The notes under the pieces are model-generated. The model saw nothing but the letters and a program-made list of their open reading frames with translations, did not search any database and was not told the DNA's origin. From Candidatus Ozemobacteraceae bacterium (GTDB taxonomy: Bacteria > Muiribacteriota > Ozemobacteria > Ozemobacterales > Ozemobacteraceae), in contig OZ223236.1 in assembly GCA_965140445.1 (NCBI GenBank), positions 1,024,001-1,088,000 on the forward strand: DNA of 64,000 bases. Reading direction: 5' to 3'. Positions 9,877-19,477 of the stretch are shown here, piece by piece. The position numbers were made by a program, and so were the translations under genes. Position 1 is the first letter of the stretch, and each line of letters begins with the position of its first letter.

Positions 9877-11169
9877 ATGGATATAGACAACCCACAATAC
9901 ACAATAGCCAAAGCAGTTGCTTTAGAAGGGATAGGCCTTCACACTGGGAAGCCTGTTAAAATGGTTTTTCATCCAGCTCCGGCAAATTCCGGAATTTATT
10001 TCATCAGGACAGATCTTGAGGGAAAGCCTTCTATTTCTGTTAGGCTTGAAAATGTGACAGGAACCAACCGCGGCACAACTATCTGTGAAAATGGAGCTAG
10101 TGTAAATACGGTTGAACATGTTTTGGCAGCTGTTTCTGGAATGGGAATTTCCAACCTGAAAATTGAAATTTCAAACGAAGAGCCCCCTGCTGGCGATGGC
10201 AGCGCAGCTTTATTTGTAGAAATGCTAAAAGAGGCTGGAACCGAAGCACTGGCTGTAAAAAAAGTTCCTTGTTTATTGAACGAGATGATAACCCTGGTAG
10301 AAGGGGATAAGTCTATGGTTTATCTTCCTTCAAAAAAGCTGGAGGTAACCTTTCATCTGGATTACAAAAATGGCCTTTTGCCGGCGAAAACAATCCATAT
10401 TGAAATCAATAAAGAGAATTTTTTGACCAGAATATCAAAATCCAGAACCTTTGGTTTTGAATATGAATTTGAAATGCTTTCTAAAAATAATCTTGCCCTT
10501 GGCGGCAGTTTAGATAATGCTATTGTAATAAATAATCAGGGAGAAATTCAGAATCCCGGTGGCTTAAGAGATAAAGATGAATTAATTTTACACAAAATTC
10601 TTGATCTGATTGGTGATTTTGCTTTGATAGGGCGCGATTTGAAAGGCCATATAATCGCTAACAGAACAGGGCATACATTTAACGTAAAATTTGCTAAACT
10701 ACTAAATGAAAAATTTGTTCAGTCTAAAAATAGAAAGGAAAATACCATGATGTACATTGAAGAGATCAAGGAAATTCTCCCACACAGATACCCGTTTTTG
10801 TTAGTTGATAGAATATTGTCTATCGTTCCTGGCGAGTCTGTTGTTGGAATTAAAAACGTTACTGCAAATGAAGAATTTTTTAATGGTCATTTTCCTGGGA
10901 AGCCTGTAATGCCTGGTGTTTTGATGGTTGAAGCCATGGCTCAGGTTGCCGGCGTTTTATTCTTGTCTCAAGAAGTTCATAAGGGAAAGACTCCTTTCTT
11001 TTGTGGAATTGATAAAGTAAGATTCAGAAGACCCGTTGTCCCTGGAGATCGCCTGGAATTTAATGCCAAAGTTCTTAAAATGAGAAGCAATACTGGTAAA
11101 GTTGAAGCAGTTGCAAAGGTTGATGGTGAACTTGTATGCAGCGGCGAATTGATGTTCCAGCTAGTTTAA
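9877..11169 (+). CDS. lpxC-fabZ: Bifunctional LpxC/FabZ fusion
   Basis: LpxC motifs GIGLHTG, TVEHVLA, HKILDLIGD; FabZ motifs LPHRYPFLLVDR and FFNGHFPGKPVMPGVL in one frame. Confidence 0.95.
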   Translation: MDIDNPQYTIAKAVALEGIGLHTGKPVKMVFHPAPANSGIYFIRTDLEGKPSISVRLENVTGTNRGTTICENGASVNTVEHVLAAVSGMGISNLKIEISNEEPPAGDGSAALFVEMLKEAGTEALAVKKVPCLLNEMITLVEGDKSMVYLPSKKLEVTFHLDYKNGLLPAKTIHIEINKENFLTRISKSRTFGFEYEFEMLSKNNLALGGSLDNAIVINNQGEIQNPGGLRDKDELILHKILDLIGDFALIGRDLKGHIIANRTGHTFNVKFAKLLNEKFVQSKNRKENTMMYIEEIKEILPHRYPFLLVDRILSIVPGESVVGIKNVTANEEFFNGHFPGKPVMPGVLMVEAMAQVAGVLFLSQEVHKGKTPFFCGIDKVRFRRPVVPGDRLEFNAKVLKMRSNTGKVEAVAKVDGELVCSGELMFQLV

Positions 11170-11192
11170 TTGGACTTTGAAGGGAGTTAACA

Positions 11193-11993
11193 ATGTCTGT
11201 ACATCCAACCTCAGTCATAGCACCTGAAGCTAAGCTTCATCCTACAGTTCAAGTTGGTCCTTTCGCAGTCATTGGCCCTAATGTTGAAATCGGCGAAAAT
11301 ACTATTATTGGAGCTGGTTGCAATATCGATGGTCATACGACTATCGGGGCAAATAATGTTATAGGCCCAAGCGCGGTTATTGGTGCTCCACCACAGGACT
11401 TAAAATTTAAAGGCGAAAAATCATATGTGAAAATTGGCGACGGCAATCACATTCGTGAATTCGCAACTGTTCATCTTGCCGAAGGTGAAGAGTGTTCTAC
11501 CATTATCGGAAACGAAAATCTTCTGATGGCATATGTTCACATAGCTCACAACTGTAAGGTTGGCAGTAATATAATCATGTCAAATTGTACTACTTTGGCA
11601 GGACATGTTGAGATTGGTGATAGAGCTGTTCTTGGCGGTTTCACTGGAGTTCATCAGTTCTGTAAGGTCGGCAGTATGGTTATGGTGGGTGGAATGAGCA
11701 AGATTACTAAAGACGTTCCACCTTTCATTAAAATTGATGGAAATCCTGCCAGAGTTATAGGCTTGAATGCAGTTGGCCTCAAACGTAATCAGGTCAGCAA
11801 AGAAACCATTTCAAAGATCAGACATTTGTATAAGACTTTTTTTGATTCTGATATGAACGTTTCTCAGGTTCTTGAGAAGTGGGATGAGAATTTTGATTCT
11901 AGCGATGAATACATTAAGATGTTTCACGATTTTGTTAAATCTGCAACAAGAGGGGTTTACAAAAAGACTCGTCGAAACAGTTCTCCAGATTAA
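11193..11993 (+). CDS. lpxA: Acyl-ACP--UDP-N-acetylglucosamine O-acyltransferase
   Basis: PQDLKFKGE, IREFATVH, HIAHNC, LAGHV, VHQFC motifs. Confidence 0.95.
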   Translation: MSVHPTSVIAPEAKLHPTVQVGPFAVIGPNVEIGENTIIGAGCNIDGHTTIGANNVIGPSAVIGAPPQDLKFKGEKSYVKIGDGNHIREFATVHLAEGEECSTIIGNENLLMAYVHIAHNCKVGSNIIMSNCTTLAGHVEIGDRAVLGGFTGVHQFCKVGSMVMVGGMSKITKDVPPFIKIDGNPARVIGLNAVGLKRNQVSKETISKIRHLYKTFFDSDMNVSQVLEKWDENFDSSDEYIKMFHDFVKSATRGVYKKTRRNSSPD

Positions 11994-12001
11994 TTTCTAA
12001 C

Positions 12002-12042
12002 AAAAAAAAGAGAGAAGTTTGCAAAGACTTCTCTCTTTTTTT
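12002..12042. terminator. Intrinsic terminator after lpxA
   Basis: A-tract, GAGAGAAGTTT-GCA-AAGACTTCTCTC stem, T-tract. Confidence 0.85.
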
Positions 12043-12124
12043 ATTTTTAGTTGGGGCGTAACATGAATTAAGTGTCTTTAAGAAAATTGCTTTCATTAAA
12101 ATAAAAATTAGAGCTGTAAAAGTT

Positions 12125-12832
12125 ATGGATCTTTTAAAGAGTTTAAAAAATTTTTTTAGTATATTTTTCCCTTTCGAATGTCATTTATGCCGAGCAGTAA
12201 CTGATTTTGGTCAGGTTGTCTGTGTGGAATGCAGTAAGGAACTGCTGAAGGAGTGCTCGAATCTGCATAAATTACAGGATATGAATGTGGATTTCTCTGT
12301 TTATGCTTTGAGCGCCTATAATCAGAAAGTTGCTGAAACCATCAGGATTATTAAATACCGACCTTCCCGAAAGTTGCTTGATCAATTTTCACTAATTGTC
12401 GAACAAGTTTTAATCGAAAATGAGGCGAATTTGAAATTCGATGTTCTAATTCCTGTTCCTATGCATCAATCAAGAGAGAACAAACGAGGTTTTAATCAGG
12501 CTGCCATTTTTGCAGAACATATGGCTGTTGCGCTTAAGACATTTACCAGCCCTGTATTGAGTCGAACTATTAACACCAGGCCTCAGGCAGATTGTGATGC
12601 AAATGACAGAAAGACTAATTTATCCAATGCTATTGATCTCAGTCATGGTTTGATCAGAGAAGAATTTGAGGGCAAGCACCTGTGCCTGATCGATGATGTT
12701 GCGACTACTGGAGCAACTTTGCAAAACTGTAAAAACATTCTTGAACAACTCAAGCCATCTTCTGTAAGCGCTTTAGTTGTTTCACACTCTTTTTTGAAAA
12801 GTTCAAAGAGCGAAGATTTCAAAAGTTCATAA
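12125..12832 (+). CDS. comF: ComF family protein (zinc ribbon plus phosphoribosyltransferase-like domain)
   Basis: CxxC pairs, LIPVPMH, RGFNQA, LIDDVATTGATL; typical position upstream of flgM. Confidence 0.9.
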   Translation: MDLLKSLKNFFSIFFPFECHLCRAVTDFGQVVCVECSKELLKECSNLHKLQDMNVDFSVYALSAYNQKVAETIRIIKYRPSRKLLDQFSLIVEQVLIENEANLKFDVLIPVPMHQSRENKRGFNQAAIFAEHMAVALKTFTSPVLSRTINTRPQADCDANDRKTNLSNAIDLSHGLIREEFEGKHLCLIDDVATTGATLQNCKNILEQLKPSSVSALVVSHSFLKSSKSEDFKSS

Positions 12833-13036
12833 TGGCTAATCGTTTTGTTGAGATTCTTACATAACCTTATTTCAAAATGTACATTTTAAAGATATCTGTG
12901 TTTGGCTTAAAGAAAGAATTTTTGCAATAATCCTATCCAATAGTGTGAGCCTTTTGGATTTTTAGGGCTGCTTAAACCTTCTATGAGTAGTTTCCTGGAT
13001 TCCGCTCAGGGCCGCTTTTTTATTATTGTTAGCGGG

Positions 13037-13065
13037 TTGACTTTGTTTTTAAAGAGGTCTACAAT
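13037..13065 (+). promoter_or_regulatory. Sigma70-type promoter upstream of flgM
   Basis: TTGACT-N17-TACAAT. Confidence 0.75.
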
Positions 13066-13084
13066 AAAAAATGAAAATTTTAGC

Positions 13085-13112
13085 TAAACGAACCTGCTCT
13101 TTCGTCCGATAT
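13085..13112 (+). promoter_or_regulatory. Sigma28 (FliA/SigD) promoter upstream of flgM
   Basis: TAAA-N16-TCCGATAT. Confidence 0.8.
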
Positions 13113-13187
13113 TCTGTCTTGGAGGCGTCCTCCGCTTATTAAGACAAGATATTTAGGGGGAGACGTTCACGGGAGTCAGGAGGAACC

Positions 13188-13577
13188 ATGAAGGTTTCTA
13201 ATAGTAACATCAACAACATACAGAAGATTTACCAGGAACAGGTAAAAAAGGCGAATACTGGAAAGACCAGTGGCGAGTTCAGTAAGCTTATGCAGGAAAA
13301 CTCTGTTAAGCAGACTGAATCCACAAAGACTTTTCATCCGCCAAGTGGGGTTAATCTAAATAATCCCGTACTAACTGGAGCGCCAGTTCAGCAGGCCGAT
13401 CCTGTTGAAACGCTCAAGTTCGCTGCAGAGGTTGTAGCAAACCAGCCAGATGTTCGAGCTGAAAAGGTCGATCGAATCAAGGCTTTGTTTGATGCAGGTC
13501 AATACAATGTTTCCGCTGAAAAAGTAGCTGAAAGGCTATGGGCCAGTGGTGTAATGACAACGTCCTGGGAAGGATAG
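13188..13577 (+). CDS. flgM: Anti-sigma28 factor FlgM
   Basis: C-terminal PDVRAEKVDRIKALFDAGQYNVSAEKVAERL motif; synteny. Confidence 0.9.
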   Translation: MKVSNSNINNIQKIYQEQVKKANTGKTSGEFSKLMQENSVKQTESTKTFHPPSGVNLNNPVLTGAPVQQADPVETLKFAAEVVANQPDVRAEKVDRIKALFDAGQYNVSAEKVAERLWASGVMTTSWEG

Positions 13578-13583
13578 GACCTC

Positions 13584-14069
13584 TTGAAGCAAACGGTCGA
13601 GAAGCTTAAGGGAATTCTCTCAGAAGAGCTTGAGGTTTATAAAGCACTTCTTGAGCTGGCAAGAGAAAAGAAAAAACTTTTGCTTGAAAAGTTTTCCACT
13701 GAACTGCAGCAAATCGTCCAAAAAGAAGAGTTACAAGTTCAACGGTTGATTGATCTGGAACCTGTAAGACGGGAATGTGTCGAGCACATAGCGGGAACTC
13801 CCGATGCTAATCTTGACACGGCAGTCGAAGCGGTTTCGGAGTCTGATGGGAAGTCTGATCTATGGATGGTCGGTAGCCAACTCAAAGAAGTTGTTACTGA
13901 GATATCTAAGATTAATGCTGAAAATCAGAATCTGTTGGAGCAAGCTCTCGAGTTGACGCAGTATTCAATTAAGCTCTTTACTAAGGTTCCAGGAGACGTA
14001 ACATACAGCTCCTCCGGGAAGCAAGCTGATAAGCGCCCTGGAATCTCATTCTTCGATCGTAAAGTATAG
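13584..14069 (+). CDS. flgN: Flagellar export chaperone FlgN
   Basis: Helical protein (LSEELEVYKALLEL...NAENQNLLEQAL...FFDRKV) between flgM and flgK; TTG start. Confidence 0.85.
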   Translation: MKQTVEKLKGILSEELEVYKALLELAREKKKLLLEKFSTELQQIVQKEELQVQRLIDLEPVRRECVEHIAGTPDANLDTAVEAVSESDGKSDLWMVGSQLKEVVTEISKINAENQNLLEQALELTQYSIKLFTKVPGDVTYSSSGKQADKRPGISFFDRKV

Positions 14070-14090
14070 TAGAAAAAAATCTAGTTAATT

Positions 14091-14168
14091 AGAACCGTAT
14101 ACGGGTTTTTGGATAACACAGGCATCCTCCTGATGATATTTTCAAAGACTTATTGTGCGGTTCTTTTT
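14091..14168 (+). terminator. Long imperfect stem-loop or terminator after flgN
   Basis: AGAACCGTAT...GTGCGGTTCT followed by TTTT, with inner CAGG/CCTG stem. Confidence 0.5.
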
Positions 14169-14176
14169 ATTTGTAC

Positions 14177-14204
14177 TAATAATTCCTTAAAATTTGGCCG
14201 ATAG
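14177..14204 (+). promoter_or_regulatory. Sigma28 promoter upstream of flgK
   Basis: TAAT-N16-GCCGATAG. Confidence 0.7.
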
Positions 14205-14279
14205 AGATAGTAGGAAAAAATATTTTTCCATCGATAGCAACAAAAATATAAAAGCTATCGCTATCTAAGGAGGCCAAGC

Positions 14280-16280
14280 ATGGCTGGCACGTTTTTTGGT
14301 CTTAATATAGGCAAAAGCGGAATATTTACACAGCAGCAGGCGTTGAATGTTACTTCGCATAACATCGCAAACGCCAATACCGAAGGCTACTCCAGGCAAA
14401 GAGCAGTTATACAATCTGCTAATCCTTATCTTGCAACAAGTTTAACGACTCCTGTTGGATCGCCTCAGGTTGGAACTGGTGCAACAATTTCAAAAATTAT
14501 GCAGTTCCGAGATGAATTCATTGATGCAAAAATTACCAATGAAGCCTCTACCTTAAATTTTAAGACGACTGCAGACGAGCTGATGAAACAGGTTGAAACA
14601 ATTATGAATGAACCTGGTGATGCAACTATTAGAGCTCAATTAGACAAATTCTGGGCCTCATGGGAGAACCTTTCTACGAATCCTTCTTCTACAGCTTTGC
14701 GAAGAAATCTTGTAGAAGAAACCACAACTCTCATTGACCAATTTAAAGAGATTGATTCTCAGCTTAACCGTTTACAGGGAACCCCATCTAACTGTTCTCA
14801 GGGGAGTATTGAAAACCAGGTTCAGGATACTGTAAAAGAAATAAACCAATTAGCTCACCTCATTGCAAATTTAAACGAAGAGATTGGTCGTTCAGAAACA
14901 AACGCCAATACGGCAAATGATTTAAGAGATCATCGTCAGAAAGCTCTTGAAGATCTTTCTGCTCTAATTAATGTTGACGCTTATTATACGGACAAGGATT
15001 ATTTAACTGTAAATTGTGGCGCTCACACTCTTGTTCAAGATGGAAATGTAAATGAGTTAAATCTTGTAGTTAAAGATGGGGAAGCTGCCAGCAGCATTGC
15101 TGGTTCTGATGATTATCCAGAGTTTTCTGATAATACAGATGTTGCAACGGCTTCGCTTATTCACACTGGATCTCAGCGCAATATTACTCTCACGGTCTCT
15201 CAGCTTGCTCAAACAGACAAAAAATATTCTTATTTAACCTTTCATCCTTTGAATGGTCCTCTTTCTGATTTTGGTATCTCAAGCGGAAGCTTCAACGTTA
15301 ATGGTAGAGAATTTTTCGTTGATGCTGAAAATACAACTATGACTGATTTGGCTAAAACTCTTGATGAAGCCAATATAAATATGAATGCCTGGATTAATGA
15401 AGCTGGGCAGCTGGAAATGGAATCGTCATCCACAGGCACAGAATTTTCAATTACCGCTGAAAATGGAACCAGCAATTTGATTACTGTTCTCAATCTTCAA
15501 ACTCAGCATGCTGCAAAAGATGCGAGATTTAACATGGGAGGTCAGGAATATGTCTCTTCTAAAAACATTGTTAGCGATGCTATTGACGGCGTTAATCTCT
15601 ATTTAAATGGTGTTGGTGTTGCAAATCTTGATTTAAGACCTACTGTTACAAGTGGAAAACTAAAAGGCTTGCTTGAAGTGCGTGATGGAAGTATTCAGGG
15701 CGCTATCGATGATATGAATAAGCTTGCTTATACGATCATGACTGAATTGAATCAGGTTCATCGCAATGGTTTTGGTCTTGATGGCAAAACCGGAAGAAAT
15801 TTCTTTCAGGCTTATACTTCCCCGAATCCAAACAGACCTTATGATGGCGCTATTCAAAATATGGCTATGGAAGATTTCATAACTTATGATCTGAATTCCA
15901 TTGCTGCTGCTGGTGGGACTCTGGAAAATGAGACCGATCGTCTTAGAACCTATAACGGTGATGGTGACGGCTCTAATGCGATTTTAATTTCTCAGATTAA
16001 GCACACAAACTATTTTGATGATGGAAAATCCAACTTCAATGATTTTTATAACGAAATGATTACCGAAGTTGCGACGCACAGTGAAAGATATGAGAGAGAG
16101 GCTGCTTATAGCCGGGATCTCATGACGCAGATGGATGCCAAGAGACAAGAGCTTTCCGGCGTGTCTCTGGATGAAGAGTTGGCAAACCTGATCAAGTTTC
16201 AGCACGCCTACAACGCTTCGGCAAAAGTAATTTCAACTATAGATGAAATGCTGGATAAGGTGATTAATGGAATGATTTAA
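14280..16280 (+). CDS. flgK: Hook-associated protein 1 FlgK with central FliD-like insertion
   Basis: TSHNIANANTEGYSRQR N-terminus; SGVSLDEELANLIKFQHAYNASAKVI C-terminus. Confidence 0.95.
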   Translation: MAGTFFGLNIGKSGIFTQQQALNVTSHNIANANTEGYSRQRAVIQSANPYLATSLTTPVGSPQVGTGATISKIMQFRDEFIDAKITNEASTLNFKTTADELMKQVETIMNEPGDATIRAQLDKFWASWENLSTNPSSTALRRNLVEETTTLIDQFKEIDSQLNRLQGTPSNCSQGSIENQVQDTVKEINQLAHLIANLNEEIGRSETNANTANDLRDHRQKALEDLSALINVDAYYTDKDYLTVNCGAHTLVQDGNVNELNLVVKDGEAASSIAGSDDYPEFSDNTDVATASLIHTGSQRNITLTVSQLAQTDKKYSYLTFHPLNGPLSDFGISSGSFNVNGREFFVDAENTTMTDLAKTLDEANINMNAWINEAGQLEMESSSTGTEFSITAENGTSNLITVLNLQTQHAAKDARFNMGGQEYVSSKNIVSDAIDGVNLYLNGVGVANLDLRPTVTSGKLKGLLEVRDGSIQGAIDDMNKLAYTIMTELNQVHRNGFGLDGKTGRNFFQAYTSPNPNRPYDGAIQNMAMEDFITYDLNSIAAAGGTLENETDRLRTYNGDGDGSNAILISQIKHTNYFDDGKSNFNDFYNEMITEVATHSERYEREAAYSRDLMTQMDAKRQELSGVSLDEELANLIKFQHAYNASAKVISTIDEMLDKVINGMI

Positions 16281-16418
16281 CCAGCAGAAACAACATAAAT
16301 AAACATTAAAAAACAAACAAGCAAATCTCAGTAAATAAATACAAACAAAAATAGATAAAAATAAACAAATGAATCCGGTAACTGGGTAAGTAATTAGCAC
16401 ACAAGGAGGCAGCCCGGG

Positions 16419-19400
16419 ATGCGCGTAACAAATCAATACATCGTAAATTCCTTCATTAACCAGATAAATAGGAACAATAGTGCTTTAAGCTCTATGCAGA
16501 TTAAAGTCAGTTCTGGCAAGAAGTATATTAAGGCATCTGAAAATCCTGTTGACAACGCTCTGGCAATGCAACACAAAACAGAGGTCTTTGAAGGAACGCA
16601 GTATAAGAAAAATATTGAACATACCCAGGACTGGTATAACAATATTGATGCCTCTTTGACTACAATGGAGTCTACTTTGCAGCGAATAAGAGAGCTGGCT
16701 GTTCAGGGTGCAAACGATACTTTGGTTCAGGAAGATCGTGACGCTATAGCCGAGGAGTTGGATCAGCTTGTTGGTATGCTTGTTGACGTTGGAAACACAA
16801 GCGTTGCCGGTGAGTATATTTTTTCAGGGCATGATGTTGATAAGCGGCCTTTTGAAATTTTAGATGGTCAGACTCCTGGAAAAATGAATGGAATGGTTAC
16901 TTTTTCTCTCGGAGATGTTCGGGACAAAATTAATTTAAATAATCCGCTTGAAATTGCTTATTACGGCGATGATAAGCGAATGACTACTGAGATAGAGCGT
17001 GGCTCAATTATTGAAAAGAGTATTTCTGGCCAGGAGTTGTTTTTTGGAACTGATCAGATAGTTCCCACGCCTGATTTTACTTACACTTTGCCACCCCTTG
17101 AAGAAAGCCTGTATTTAACCATGCTTAATAATGGGCGTGGCGTGCAGGATGGAATTATGGTTGTTACTGACCATAATGGTGTGGACCACAAAATTGATAT
17201 TTCACCCGCTCATCGGCTGGATGATGTAATTGGAATAATTAACGCTACGGGTTCATTCGAAGCTGGTATTGAAGAAGTGCCTTCTGATACAGCTTCTGCA
17301 TTGGGGCTTTATAGAAATGCCGGCGAGAGTAATACTCTTATAGGTATTTCTGACCCCAAAATGCTTTCTGAGTTTACGAATCTGTCTGATTTGAATAATG
17401 GCCTGGGCGTAGCTGACGGCTATTTGAATATAAACACTCGAGATGGGCGAAACTTTCGCGTAGATATAACAGGTGCTAACACGGTTGGCGATGTTTTGAC
17501 GCGAATTAATGCGCTTGAGGGTGGAACGGTTTTGAAAGCTACCTTTGATATGATTCACAAGAGAATTGATATTAAAGATACTACCGGGGGAGCTGGTAAT
17601 CTGTCTATTCAGTCCACTAAATCCCAGCTTTATTTAAAGGATTTGGATCCTCATGTCGCTCAGGACCTTGGTCTTTTGCAGAATGTTGGGGGGGGGAACG
17701 TGATGTTCTCTGATTATGATTCAGATCTGGAATCTGAGGCTACTCCTTTTCAGTTCTTGAATGGCGGGAAAGGGATTGAGGCTGGATATGTTGACATTAC
17801 AGGGCATGATGGAGTTGTCAGCAGGATTGATTTGACAACAGCTAATACTCCCCAGGACGTGGTAGATGCAATCAATGCTCAAGCAGGCGGAAATCAAACA
17901 GCTGCATTTGATCCTAACAGTAAAAGGATTCAAATAACCGATAATACAGTTGGGGCAAATGATTTTAAAATTGAGGAAGTCTTTGGCACAAATGATTTGT
18001 CTGTGAGAGAAATTACTACGGTAGTAAAAAGTTTAGGGCTTCTTAAGTCGGCTCAGGGAAATGCTATCGTTGGCGATATAATAGCGCCTGGCCAGCCAGC
18101 TTCGACGTTGCTTTCAACTTTAACTCCACCGCCAGAAAGAGGATTTCTAGTCCTGAGAGGTGCGGATGATGTTCCTGTAGAAGTTGACCTTACAGGCGCC
18201 AATACAATTCAGGACGTTGTTGATGGTATTAACAATACTGGAAAATTTGAAGCGTCATGGGATTCGGTTAACGGCAAATTTCTTGTTTCAGATCCGGGCG
18301 CAGCTTCTGGTGAGTATGGAATTCGCATTGAAGAAAAGACAAACGCGGCTAGAGATCTTGGTTTTATAACCGGGTCGGCAAATTATGCTCAAAAAGAGCT
18401 GACTGGTGCTCCAATTGCCGTTAAGGCTTTGCCTACTCTTACTGGCGGACTGGATCTTGATCCTGCAGTAACCAAAGAAACAGAACTTGAGGCTTTAAAC
18501 TCCAGCAGAACTTTTAATAGTGGTGTAAATCTTGGATATATAAGAATAACCGATAAAGCCGGGCATTTTCAGGCAATTGATCTGCGTGGCTGTAAAACAG
18601 TCGGCGATGTTATGGATAAGATAAATGATCCAGCCAATGGCTTGTATGTTGAAGCTCGTATAAATAAAGATCAAAACGGCTTGGAAATTGTTGATAAAAA
18701 CAACGGAGCTCCTGGCAAACTTCAAATTATTGATATCGACAGCACTTCTGCGGCAGACCTTGGGATTCTTGGTAATACAGTTGATACCAACATCGTTGGT
18801 AAGGATATAGACCCAGGTTTGAGATCTTCAACCCCAGTTTCAGCTTTAAATGTCAACAATGGTGGGGTTCCGCTGGGTAAGGTTTACATTCAGAGTGGAG
18901 ATTTCTCAGGAGAGATTGATCTGTCGGGGTGCAAAACTGTTGGAGAGATGCTGGATAAATTGTCCAATTCTGACAACAGATTTAATCTGCAGGCCTGGGT
19001 GTCTGAAGATGGCTCTAAAATCAATTTAACCAACACTAAAGGGCAACCATATATAAAAGTCAGAGATATGGGCGGAGATCAGCCAAACACGGCTTCAAGT
19101 CTAGGGCTTGGTTCTTCTCCGAGTATGTTTTCTAATATTCTTGATTTGCGAGACAACCTGCTTCGCAATGATCCAGATGCAATTTCTTTTGAAAGTTTGA
19201 AAAAGCTTGATGAAGACCTGGAACGTGTTCTAAAACTGCACGCAGAGGTGGGTGCCAAATACAATAGAGTTGATGCGGCAAAAGAAAAACAAGAAAATTT
19301 GACATTAAACCTAAAGGAAATGCTTAGTTCTGTCGAAGATATAGATATGGCAGAAGCTATTACCAGAATGACAGAATTAGAAACTGCATATCAGGCAGCT

Positions 19401-19454
19401 CTACAGACTGGTTCGAGAGTTCTGCAGACGACTTTGTTGGACTTTCTCAGATAA
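16419..19454 (+). CDS. flgL: Hook-associated protein 3 FlgL, enlarged (1011 aa)
   Basis: MRVTN start, SSGKKYIKASENP, EDIDMAEAI...AYQAALQ...TLLDFLR end. Confidence 0.93.
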   Translation: MRVTNQYIVNSFINQINRNNSALSSMQIKVSSGKKYIKASENPVDNALAMQHKTEVFEGTQYKKNIEHTQDWYNNIDASLTTMESTLQRIRELAVQGANDTLVQEDRDAIAEELDQLVGMLVDVGNTSVAGEYIFSGHDVDKRPFEILDGQTPGKMNGMVTFSLGDVRDKINLNNPLEIAYYGDDKRMTTEIERGSIIEKSISGQELFFGTDQIVPTPDFTYTLPPLEESLYLTMLNNGRGVQDGIMVVTDHNGVDHKIDISPAHRLDDVIGIINATGSFEAGIEEVPSDTASALGLYRNAGESNTLIGISDPKMLSEFTNLSDLNNGLGVADGYLNINTRDGRNFRVDITGANTVGDVLTRINALEGGTVLKATFDMIHKRIDIKDTTGGAGNLSIQSTKSQLYLKDLDPHVAQDLGLLQNVGGGNVMFSDYDSDLESEATPFQFLNGGKGIEAGYVDITGHDGVVSRIDLTTANTPQDVVDAINAQAGGNQTAAFDPNSKRIQITDNTVGANDFKIEEVFGTNDLSVREITTVVKSLGLLKSAQGNAIVGDIIAPGQPASTLLSTLTPPPERGFLVLRGADDVPVEVDLTGANTIQDVVDGINNTGKFEASWDSVNGKFLVSDPGAASGEYGIRIEEKTNAARDLGFITGSANYAQKELTGAPIAVKALPTLTGGLDLDPAVTKETELEALNSSRTFNSGVNLGYIRITDKAGHFQAIDLRGCKTVGDVMDKINDPANGLYVEARINKDQNGLEIVDKNNGAPGKLQIIDIDSTSAADLGILGNTVDTNIVGKDIDPGLRSSTPVSALNVNNGGVPLGKVYIQSGDFSGEIDLSGCKTVGEMLDKLSNSDNRFNLQAWVSEDGSKINLTNTKGQPYIKVRDMGGDQPNTASSLGLGSSPSMFSNILDLRDNLLRNDPDAISFESLKKLDEDLERVLKLHAEVGAKYNRVDAAKEKQENLTLNLKEMLSSVEDIDMAEAITRMTELETAYQAALQTGSRVLQTTLLDFLR

Positions 19455-19477
19455 AGCTAAGGAATTAAACTGTTGTT

